Source of the DNA: Elusimicrobiota bacterium
Lineage (GTDB): Bacteria > Elusimicrobiota > Elusimicrobia > UBA1565
Direction of reading: 5' to 3'
NCBI GenBank assembly: GCA_041650695.1
Contig: JBAZKS010000008.1
Coordinates: 6,080 to 70,079 of the forward strand
DNA length: 64,000 bases
Shown: piece after piece, positions 9,298 through 17,337 of the stretch
How positions within the stretch are numbered: position 1 is the stretch's first letter
How the letters are laid out: every line of letters begins with the position of its first letter
The notes under the pieces: generated by a model
What the model saw: the letters and a program-made list of their open reading frames with translations, nothing else
What the model was told of the DNA's origin: nothing
Databases searched by the model: none
Program-made: the position numbers and the translations under genes

Positions 9298-11207
9298 AGC
9301 TGACGGAGGCGGTTATTATACCAGTAAGCCCAAAGACCACACAGAACAAGGACAGTCAGCCCGCAGCCGAGCCTCCAGGACCAAGGGTCGTAGCGCCAGC
9401 GCACGGACCAGGCTCCGGCCGGCACCCGGACCTTCTGGAAAGCTCCCAAAGCCGGGACGGGGACCGCGTCCTGCCAGCCGAACACACTTCCCGTATCCGC
9501 CTTCCAGCCCCGCCAGAACGGCTCGGACACGAAGGCCCAGCCCGGCTCCTTGGACTCGCCGGAGACGGAGAAGCGGTCCTCCCTGGGCCGCGAGACGGAG
9601 AGCGGCTTCGCCCTCGAGAGGTCCGGCGCGGGTCCGCCGAGCCCTTCCGGCAGCTCGGCGCCGGTCTTCTCGTCGAGCCAGAAGGCGCGCGACGCCGGAC
9701 CCGGGTTCCGGTAGAGCTGCCAAAGGCTGTCCCCGAGGTACTCCAGCCGTTTTGACTTGAGCCGGTCCCGGGTCATGACCACCCGGACATCCGCCCAGCC
9801 GAGCCAGCCGGACGCGTCGTCCAAGCCTTTCCGGGTGAAGAGGAAGTCCATCCAGTCGTACGACGCATTGAGGACGAGCGGCTCCCCGAAATTGCACACG
9901 CTCGACAGATGGTACGGCATGTTCGTCAGCCCGTAGAGCCTCTGCCGGAGGTCCGCTGAGGCCGAATCCGCCGTGGGGCCGAGCCCGCGCTCCCACATGA
10001 GGGCCAAGGGGGAGATCAGATACCGGTGCCCCCCGAGCTCCTGCCGCAGCACCTGGACCATGGGCCCGGCGTCCGTGAAGTAGCTCCGCGGGGCCGTGGG
10101 CTGGGAGGCCCGCGCGTAGGCGAACAGCTCCAGCGCGATAAGAGCGGCCGCGCCTGCGGCGAATCTCCTGCGATGGAGGCCCCGGCCGACGAGCAGGGCG
10201 AGCATGGGGACGACCAGATAGGCGAGGTTCCCCGGATAGCGCACGTAGCGCAGGGGAGGGGCGTGAGTCCAGAGCCACTTGGAGAGGCCGTTGCTGTCCC
10301 CCAGGACCAGGAGCCCCACGCCCCCCAGGTAGGCCAGCGGCCACGCGCCGCTGGCCCGCAGGCCCAGGCCGGCGGCGGCCCAGACCGAGATCCCGGCGTA
10401 GGCGGTCTTCCACCAGAGCCCCGCGGGCGAGTACTCGCCGCGCGGGATGAGCGGCGGGGCCGTGAACTGCGCGAGGTCCCGCGCCTTGAACGACCATTTG
10501 AGCCCCTCCTCGCTCTCGATGCCCCGCCCGCGCTTGGAGTCGGACATGAGCTCCGCCGCGGGCAGGAGCAGGCAGGCGGAGACCGCCGCGGCCAGGGCTC
10601 CGGCGCAGACCCAGGTCCTGAACCTGGCCCTGGAGATGAGCCAGGCGGCCGCGGCCGCGCCGGCCAGCATGGGAGGGTATCCGCTCAGGAAGGCGAGGGC
10701 CAGGCTCAAGCCGAGGAGGACCGGCCTGCGGCCGAAGAGCAGCATGGCCGGGAAGTAGGCCAAAGTGGAGAGGTGGTTGAGCAGAGGGATGCGGCTGACC
10801 AAGGGCCCGCCGAGCATGGCCGAAAAGGCTCCGGCCGCCGAGGCCCAGCGCGCCAGGCCCAAGGAGCGGAGCCAGAGGAACGTGAACACGCCGCAGAGCG
10901 AGTAATGCAGCCAGTGGAACAAGGGGAGGGCCGTCGCGAACCCGGAGAGCCAGAAAGGCTGGGACCCGGGGTAGAACACCGCGCTCTGCATCCCGGCCGC
11001 CATGGGCATGCCCAGGTAGATGTACGGGTTCCATAGGGGCAGGGCCCCGCGCTGCAGCATCTCGGCCGGCAGGGCCCGCCAGGGATGGTGCAGGTAGGTG
11101 AGGTCCCCCCAGAAGAAGGTCCGGCCGGCCAGGGCGGGGGCGAACGATACGGCCGCGGCGGCGATCGAGAGAAGGGCAAAAACGGTCCAGTCTCGACGGC
11201 GGATCAC
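9294..11207 (-). CDS. YfhO-family membrane protein (putative GT-C glycosyltransferase), copy 2
   Basis: Paralogous motif GDLTYLHHPWRALPAEMLQRGALPLWNPYIYLGMPMAAGMQSAVFYP. The track ORF extends to 11741, but that part is an antisense artefact. The likely start is GTG at 11207..11205, overlapping the upstream stop (GTGA). Confidence 0.55.
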   Translation of the reverse strand: MIRRRDWTVFALLSIAAAAVSFAPALAGRTFFWGDLTYLHHPWRALPAEMLQRGALPLWNPYIYLGMPMAAGMQSAVFYPGSQPFWLSGFATALPLFHWLHYSLCGVFTFLWLRSLGLARWASAAGAFSAMLGGPLVSRIPLLNHLSTLAYFPAMLLFGRRPVLLGLSLALAFLSGYPPMLAGAAAAAWLISRARFRTWVCAGALAAAVSACLLLPAAELMSDSKRGRGIESEEGLKWSFKARDLAQFTAPPLIPRGEYSPAGLWWKTAYAGISVWAAAGLGLRASGAWPLAYLGGVGLLVLGDSNGLSKWLWTHAPPLRYVRYPGNLAYLVVPMLALLVGRGLHRRRFAAGAAALIALELFAYARASQPTAPRSYFTDAGPMVQVLRQELGGHRYLISPLALMWERGLGPTADSASADLRQRLYGLTNMPYHLSSVCNFGEPLVLNASYDWMDFLFTRKGLDDASGWLGWADVRVVMTRDRLKSKRLEYLGDSLWQLYRNPGPASRAFWLDEKTGAELPEGLGGPAPDLSRAKPLSVSRPREDRFSVSGESKEPGWAFVSEPFWRGWKADTGSVFGWQDAVPVPALGAFQKVRVPAGAWSVRWRYDPWSWRLGCGLTVLVLCGLWAYWYNNRLRQL

Positions 11208-12226
11208 AACGTCAGCACCCGCCACGCGCCGAGCAGCACGAGGAGGCCCGCCCAGGGCCTGGCCCTGGACGGGATGTCGACCCCCTCGGACGTCTCGGAG
11301 GTGGACGAGGCCGCGAGGTAGGAGAGCAGCCAGAGGTTCGAGGCCGAGGAGAAGGGCGAGTCCCAAAGGCTCTGCACCAGCACGGCCCCCAGCCCGAACT
11401 GCTTGTAGGACCTCCCCCGCAGGCAGTGCCAGAGGCCGCCGAACCACAGAAGCGCGAACGGGATGCCGGCCTCTGCGGCCGTCGCGAGGTAGTACTGGTG
11501 GCCCTCGGCGAGGCCCCCCGGGCCGCAGCCCAGCAGGGGCTGCCGGGCCATCACGCCGAAGGCGGCCTTCCATCCCTCCCAGCGCTGCACCCACTCGACC
11601 GAGCCCAGCTGGCCGTAGATCGCCACGGCGCACGCCGCGCTCCCGACGAGGCCGAGCCGGGACCACAGGCGGTTCCGTCCCCGGAAAGCCACGGCCAGGC
11701 CGGCAGAGAGCCCCAGCCAGGCGCCCAGGCTCCCGGTCCAAAGGAGGGCCGCCGCGAGCCCCGCGGCGAGGAGCCGGTCACCGCGCTCCAGGGAGACCGG
11801 CAGGAGCATGAGCGCGGCGCCCGCGAGGACCGGGGGAGAGGCGTACACGCTCGAAGGCGCCGAGGCGCCGCCGGCGAGGCGCTGATGGACCGCGAGGGCC
11901 ATGATGAGCCAGGCCGAGACCCGGACAGCCTCGTCCACGTAGCTCCTGGCGTCCTTGGAGAGCGCGGTCATGACCGGGAACATCCAGACCGCGACCATCA
12001 TGTCGCGAGAGCCGGCGGCCCCCGCCAGCAGGGCCAAGGCCGCGCTCCAGAGGAGATTCCGCCTGGAAGGGATCGGGAGGTAGCCGACGAACACCCGCCA
12101 GAGGAGCCAGAGCGCGGTCCCGGACCAGACCGCGGCCTGGATGGCCGCGTGCGCGCTCGCTCCGAAGACGCCGACCGCGATGGGGCCCAAAGCGACCGGC
12201 AGGGCCACCAAGGCGGACAGGCCCAC
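11204..12226 (-). CDS. O-antigen ligase-like (Wzy_C domain) membrane protein; candidate PglL/PilO-type O-oligosaccharyltransferase
   Basis: 340 aa and polytopic. The arrangement, with a large loop between TM segments and a conserved R/H-rich region (ARQPLLGCGPGGLAEGHQYYLATAAEAGIPFALLWFG), fits the Wzy_C/O-antigen ligase fold. It lies directly downstream of pilQ. Confidence 0.5.
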   Translation of the reverse strand: MGLSALVALPVALGPIAVGVFGASAHAAIQAAVWSGTALWLLWRVFVGYLPIPSRRNLLWSAALALLAGAAGSRDMMVAVWMFPVMTALSKDARSYVDEAVRVSAWLIMALAVHQRLAGGASAPSSVYASPPVLAGAALMLLPVSLERGDRLLAAGLAAALLWTGSLGAWLGLSAGLAVAFRGRNRLWSRLGLVGSAACAVAIYGQLGSVEWVQRWEGWKAAFGVMARQPLLGCGPGGLAEGHQYYLATAAEAGIPFALLWFGGLWHCLRGRSYKQFGLGAVLVQSLWDSPFSSASNLWLLSYLAASSTSETSEGVDIPSRARPWAGLLVLLGAWRVLTL

Positions 12227-12229
12227 GGA

Positions 12230-14287
12230 TCAGGAAGGGATGATCCGCGTGGTGACGAAGATGAGCAGCTCCACCCGGTTGCGGGTCGTCGACTTCTTCT
12301 TGAACAGCCATCCCAGCAGCGGGATGTCGCCGAAGAAGGGGACTTTTGAGATCGAATCGCTGACCGAGTCCGTGATGAGCCCGCCGATGACCACGGTGCC
12401 GCCGTCCTGCACCACCACGGTGGTCTCGGCCGAGCGGCTGTCCGTCTGCCTGGCCCCGGTGGCGCTCGCCGCCGTGTTGGGCGAGGCCTGCTCCACCTTT
12501 GGCTTGATCTCCAGGGTGATGCGGCCGTCCGCGTTGATGGTCGGCTTGACGTCCAGGGTGATTCCCGTCTTCTGGAAGGACTGCTTGGTCGCGGTCGTGA
12601 CCGACCCGCCTCCGGCCGGCGTGGTCTCGGTCGTGGTGAAGGGGATGCTGGTCTCGATCTTGATCAGGGCCTGCTTCCCGTTCACCGTCGATATCTTCGG
12701 GTCCGAGAGCACCTTGGCCTTGCCCTCGCTGGCCGCCGCGGTCAGGGTGGCGGAGAGGAAGTAGTTGTTCGTGACGCGCCCGAACGTGAACGCCCCGAAG
12801 ATGTTGCTCGCCGGCAGGTTCACGCCCGTCCCGCGGCCGACGCCCCCGGTCCCGGCGGTGGCATCGGCGTTCTGGTCCAGAGGCTTCACCAGGGCGGTAG
12901 TCAGGGGGTGCGAGGCCGTCCCGAACATATTGGAGCCCGTCTGCGTGCCGATCTTCGAGTTCTCCATCCCCAGATAATCCCACTGGACGCCGAAGTCCAC
13001 GCCCTTGCTGAGCACGACCTCCACGAGCTTGGCCTCGATCATGACCTGCTGAGGCCGGATGTCGATCTCCGAGATCAGCCTCTCGATGGCGTCGATGCCG
13101 TCGAGCGTATCGGTGATGATCAAGGAGTTCGTGTTCTCGTCGGTGACGATGCTGGGAGTGCGCTTCTGCGCGGTCACGACCGCGTCCACGGCGGTCTTCA
13201 CGTCCAGCGCTTTCGCATACTTCAGCCGGACGATGCGCGTCTGATTGACGGCGACCCCCCGCTCCTTGGTCAGCGTCGACGGAGTCATGACGCGCAGGAT
13301 GTTCTCCCCCACCTGGCTGGCCACGAGCCCCTGCATGGAGAGGATCGTCATGAACGCCTCGTTATAGGGGACGTCCTTGAGGTGCAGGCTCAGGTTCCCG
13401 TTCACGTCGGACCCGTAGACGATGTTGATCTTGGCCTTGAGCCCCATGAGCTTGAGCATGTCCCGGATGTCCATGTCGTCGTATTCGAGGGTCACCGGGT
13501 CCGAGGGAAGCGCGGCCAGGATGTCCCGGCGCAGCTTCTTCTTCCCCGCTGGAGCCGCCAAGGGCTTGACCGACGCGGCGGCGGCCGGGGCGTCCGCGTC
13601 CTCCGGCCGGGCGTCGCCCGCCTCGGCGATGGCGCGAAGCTCGGAGGACACTTCCGTGGACAACGACGTCGGGACCTGGGCGACGGGGAGCGCGGGCTTC
13701 GCCGCGGCCCCGTTGGGAGCGTCTTTGAGCGCCGCGGGGGCGGCCGGCTTGGGGGCCGCCGGCTTGGGCGCCTGCGGCGCGGCAGCGACGCGGCCCTGCG
13801 CCTCGTCGGGAGAGGCGTTGGGCGCATGGGCGGCCGGCTCCACTAGAGCCGCATCAACGGGGGAGGCCCGGGGGGAGTCTCCGGAAGCGCCCGTCAGCGA
13901 GACCAGGAGCTTGTTGTCCTCCCACTTGGCGGTGTAGGCCGCCTCCTTGAGCAGATCGAGGACGATGCGGGTGATCATGCTGGGGGTGCGCTGATACTGC
14001 CCGGAACGCACGCCCTTCAACAACGAGCCCTTCCCGCCCTGCTGGCGCTCCGAGGCCGTGAACTCCGTATCAAGGAATTCGATGACAAGGCGCGGGGGAT
14101 TGGAGGTCACGAAAGTGTTGAACTTGACGCGAGAGGTGAGATGCACCGCGACCTCATCCGCCCCGACCTCGACGCCCTCGAGCAGGGCGCTCTCCGCAGC
14201 CCAGAGGAGCGCGGGCCCCTCCTGGCACAGGAGAAGGGCTGCCGCGGTCAGCAGGGCCAAGCAGCGTCTCAAGGGTTGGTTCGTCAT
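12230..14287 (-). CDS. pilQ: Type IV pilus secretin PilQ
   Basis: Signal peptide, AMIN domain (VAVHLTSRVKFNTFVTSNPPRLVIEFLDTEF), an Ala/Pro-rich linker, N0/secretin domains and the C-terminal secretin signature VPFFGDIPLLGWLFKKKSTTRNRVELLIFVTTRII. The start at ATG 14287 (MTNQ...) has a GAGGA SD 5 nt upstream; the track start at 14326 would overlap pilP. Confidence 0.85.
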   Translation of the reverse strand: MTNQPLRRCLALLTAAALLLCQEGPALLWAAESALLEGVEVGADEVAVHLTSRVKFNTFVTSNPPRLVIEFLDTEFTASERQQGGKGSLLKGVRSGQYQRTPSMITRIVLDLLKEAAYTAKWEDNKLLVSLTGASGDSPRASPVDAALVEPAAHAPNASPDEAQGRVAAAPQAPKPAAPKPAAPAALKDAPNGAAAKPALPVAQVPTSLSTEVSSELRAIAEAGDARPEDADAPAAAASVKPLAAPAGKKKLRRDILAALPSDPVTLEYDDMDIRDMLKLMGLKAKINIVYGSDVNGNLSLHLKDVPYNEAFMTILSMQGLVASQVGENILRVMTPSTLTKERGVAVNQTRIVRLKYAKALDVKTAVDAVVTAQKRTPSIVTDENTNSLIITDTLDGIDAIERLISEIDIRPQQVMIEAKLVEVVLSKGVDFGVQWDYLGMENSKIGTQTGSNMFGTASHPLTTALVKPLDQNADATAGTGGVGRGTGVNLPASNIFGAFTFGRVTNNYFLSATLTAAASEGKAKVLSDPKISTVNGKQALIKIETSIPFTTTETTPAGGGSVTTATKQSFQKTGITLDVKPTINADGRITLEIKPKVEQASPNTAASATGARQTDSRSAETTVVVQDGGTVVIGGLITDSVSDSISKVPFFGDIPLLGWLFKKKSTTRNRVELLIFVTTRIIPS

Positions 14288-14303
14288 AGGTGTCCTCATT
14301 GGG

Positions 14304-14834
14304 TCAAGTCTTGCCTCCGGAGCCACCGGGGCTGCTGGATCCTTCCTTTTCCTCGTCCTCTTCTTCCTTGTCCTCGCCCATGCGCAGGATCGCCTTCTCC
14401 CCGGACGCCTCCAGGATGACGGTCATCTGGATGGGATTCACGCGGCCTTTCACCCCGCGGATCGCATGACCCTGGTAGTCATAGAGCCGCCCGCTGCGGA
14501 AATAGTAGCCCGTGCGGCTCTCGGCGTGGTGGAGCAGCGCGTAGGACGACGCCTTGTCCTTCAGGATGCCCTTGAGCGACATCCCCTTGATGAGCGCGGC
14601 CTTGTCCGTTTCCTCGGAATTGGGATCGAACGCCTTCTCCTCGTCCGAGACCGCGACCCCCCCGCTCCCGGTCAGCGAGAGGAACGGGCTCTTGACCTTC
14701 TTGGCGTTGAAGAGGTCCTCGATCTTCGCCGGCTTCGGCGGCGTGGAAGGCTGCGCGGCGGGCGCCGCGCCGCTCTGCGCCAACGCCCGCCCCCCGACGA
14801 CGAAAAGGAACATGAGCACGAACACGGTTCTCAT
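14304..14834 (-). CDS. pilP: Pilus assembly protein PilP-like (small secreted protein in the pilMNOPQ operon)
   Basis: 176 aa with a signal peptide, at the correct operon position between pilO and pilQ. A GGAG SD lies 8 nt before the ATG. Confidence 0.55.
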   Translation of the reverse strand: MRTVFVLMFLFVVGGRALAQSGAAPAAQPSTPPKPAKIEDLFNAKKVKSPFLSLTGSGGVAVSDEEKAFDPNSEETDKAALIKGMSLKGILKDKASSYALLHHAESRTGYYFRSGRLYDYQGHAIRGVKGRVNPIQMTVILEASGEKAILRMGEDKEEEDEEKEGSSSPGGSGGKT

Positions 14835-14838
14835 CGGC

Positions 14839-15393
14839 TCACTCCAGATACTGGTACGCGACCAGTTTGAGCACCATATACATCTTCCCCTCTCCGTCCG
14901 GGGCCCCGAAATTGATGTCGCGGGCGCAGAAGAGCCGCTTCTCCAGCGCGAGCGCGGCCAGGAACTTCCCCAGGTCGTGGTACGAGGTCTGGATCTTGAG
15001 CTCGTACTTCACCTCGGCGTATCCGGCCGCCTTGGTCTCCCCCGTGTAGGAGATCCCCGAAAGCTTGATGTTGTGCTTCTTCGTCAGCGCGCTGACCGTG
15101 TCGATGACTCCGGGCAGATCCTTTTCCTTCGGCAGGGACTCGATAAGCACCTTCAGCTCCGCCTCGAGCGTCACCAGCGCCTTCTGGATCTTCTCGTAGT
15201 CGGCCTGGGCCTTCTTGGCGACCTTGATGCTCTCCTGGACCTGCGCGAACTCGGTCTTGAGCTCCGTGATCCGCTTCGAGGTGGGCATCCAGAAATACCG
15301 CACGTACGCGAAGCCGCCGCCGCCGAGGAAAAGCACGGCGAGCACCAGCGCCTGCTGCTGTTCCTTCGTCAGCTTGATGTTCATCTTCGCCAT
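14839..15393 (-). CDS. pilO: Type IV pilus assembly protein PilO
   Basis: 184 aa with a single N-terminal TM (ALVLAVLFLGGGGFAYV), a coiled coil and a PilO-like periplasmic domain. Operon position supports the call. Confidence 0.7.
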   Translation of the reverse strand: MAKMNIKLTKEQQQALVLAVLFLGGGGFAYVRYFWMPTSKRITELKTEFAQVQESIKVAKKAQADYEKIQKALVTLEAELKVLIESLPKEKDLPGVIDTVSALTKKHNIKLSGISYTGETKAAGYAEVKYELKIQTSYHDLGKFLAALALEKRLFCARDINFGAPDGEGKMYMVLKLVAYQYLE

Positions 15394-15394
15394 C

Positions 15395-15967
15395 TTACGG
15401 TGCCGCCGTGTACGTCATGTTGATCGTGAATTTGGTCGCCGTCTCGCCGATCGTCAGGATCTTGGTCTGTCCGGCGCTGAAGCGCCCGCCGCCGGTCAGC
15501 TGGACCGGTTGGGTCGAGGCGTTCACCCCCCGGAGCCATTGCGCCGCGTTTTCCGGCTTCAGGACCGCCGCGTCGGCATCCACCTGCAGCGTGGTGTTGG
15601 TCTTATTGGTCGTCTTCAGGGTCTCGAGCCACATCCCCTTGGGCATGCTCTCGCTGATATCCGTCATGAATCGGGGGTAGACCAGCCGCGAACTCAGAAG
15701 GCCCTCGATGACCTTGCGCCGCGCGACGACCTTGTCGCGCCTCGCGGTGGCCTCCGCCAGCATGCTCTTGTACTTCTCCAGCGCGGCGAGCTCCGTCTTG
15801 GCCGTGGCCACCTCGGCCTCCAGGACCACCTTGCGGTGGTGGTGCCAATAGGAGACCCCCGCGAACAAGAGGGCGGCGAAGACGCCGATCACGCCGATCT
15901 GCCCGAGGCGCTGCTTCTGCAGCTCCCGGTCCAGGATGTCCTGCGGTACCAGATTGACTCGGATCAT
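15395..15967 (-). CDS. pilN: Type IV pilus assembly protein PilN
   Basis: 190 aa. The N-terminus MIRVNLVPQD...LQKQRL is typical of PilN, followed by a single TM. ATGA overlap with pilM. Confidence 0.7.
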   Translation of the reverse strand: MIRVNLVPQDILDRELQKQRLGQIGVIGVFAALLFAGVSYWHHHRKVVLEAEVATAKTELAALEKYKSMLAEATARRDKVVARRKVIEGLLSSRLVYPRFMTDISESMPKGMWLETLKTTNKTNTTLQVDADAAVLKPENAAQWLRGVNASTQPVQLTGGGRFSAGQTKILTIGETATKFTINMTYTAAP

Positions 15968-17140
15968 TCCCAGTCCCTATTGCGCCGCAGCGCCAGCCCC
16001 ACCGCGATGCCCATGGCCGGCAGGAGTTCGGCCGGCAGGTCCGCGGGCGGATCGCCCAGGAAAGTGAAGGGATCGAGCACGGTGACCGGGACCTTGAGTT
16101 CCCCGGTCAGGAACCGGGCCAGGTTCTTCATCTTCGCGGACCCTCCCGAAAGCACGATGCGCCCGATGGACCGCTCCGGACCCTGAGAGAGGAAAAAGTC
16201 CACGGAGCGGTGCAGCTCGGCGACGAGGTCCTTGAGCACGTTCGCGACGGCCTGGGAGACCCCGAGCGCGTCCCGGTTGCCCTCCTGCAGGGCCTTCTCC
16301 TTCTCCTCGGGATCGATCATGAGGCCGTACGCCTTCTTGACCTCCTCGGCCTTGGCGTACTCGTACTGTAAAGCCTTCATCACGGCTTTGGTGAACGTGC
16401 TCCCGGAGATGAAGATGTCCCTAACGACCCGCGTGACCCCAGCCTCGATGATGGAGAGGTTCGTCACGGTATGGCCGATGTTCAGGTACAGCGCGGAGCC
16501 GACGCGCTCCTGCGGGTCGGTGGTGCCCTCGAACACGTTCTCCATCGCGAAAGAGTCGACGTCGATGATGGCGGGCTTGAGCCCCGCGGCTTCGAGGATC
16601 TCCACGCGCGTCTGGATCAGATCCTTCTTGGCCGCCACCAGCACGGTCTCCATCTTGCGCTGGCCCTCCTCCATCATCTCCGCGAGGATATGGAAGCTGA
16701 GCTGGACCTCGTTGATGTCGAACGGGATGAACGGCTCGGCCTCCGTGGAAAGCGTGGCCCGCAGTTCCTGTTTGGTCAGGAGCGGGAACTTGACGTAGCG
16801 GACGATCACGGCGTTGCCGGAGACCGCGGTCGCGGCGTTCTTGACCTGCACCCCTTTCTGGATGAGGAACGCCTTCAAGGCGTTGACCGTGGCCTGCTTG
16901 CGCTCCTCGGGAGAAGCCTCGGGAGCCGCCTCGATCGGGATATGTCCCCACATCTTGAGCTTGTTCTTGCCGCCCTCGGCCTTGATCAGGACGATCTTCA
17001 CGGCGTACGTGCCGATATCGACGCCCAGGATGTCCTTGGGGCCGCCGAAGAAAGCCCCGACCTTATCCTTCAGGCTCTTGATGTCGACGGCTTTCAGCTT
17101 TTCCTTCAGGTCCGGCATATCCCTCCGAGAACCCGCCATT
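15964..17140 (-). CDS. pilM: Type IV pilus assembly ATPase-fold protein PilM
   Basis: Actin-like ATPase fold (ILGVDIGTYAVKIVLIK ... GGSAKMKNLARFL). The track ORF begins at 17226. The start is ambiguous: 17140 (MAGSRRDMPD...) or 17118 (MPDLK, GGAGGG SD only 2 nt upstream). Confidence 0.8.
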
Positions 17141-17298
17141 AAAAAGCGCCGGCACCCGCTTTTGCGGGGCGACTCGGCGCGCACAGGTAGCTGGCCCGGG
17201 CCATCCATACGCCCAGCACAGCCCACCCAAACCTCGACACAGGTCTACGACTATGCATTTGTAACAGGATTCTACGAATTTGTCAAGGGCTTTTTTTA

Positions 17299-17304
17299 TA
17301 TAAT
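17299..17304 (+). promoter_or_regulatory. TATAAT hexamer in an AT-rich divergent intergenic region (pilM <-> inositol operon)
   Basis: tttttttatataatgctg lies about 35 nt upstream of the 17338 ATG. The only obvious -35-like TTGTCA sits at a 13-nt spacer, so this is non-ideal. Confidence 0.2.
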
Positions 17305-17337
17305 GCTGAAGATACTCCGAAGCCGATCCCCCGAATC

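Noticed and set aside
9316-11034. 572-aa minus-strand ORF, and the 11208-11741 N-terminal extension of ORF 9294..11741
   Set aside because: These are alternative-frame or antisense artefacts over the YfhO copy-2 gene. The YfhO signature is only in the 9294..11207 frame.
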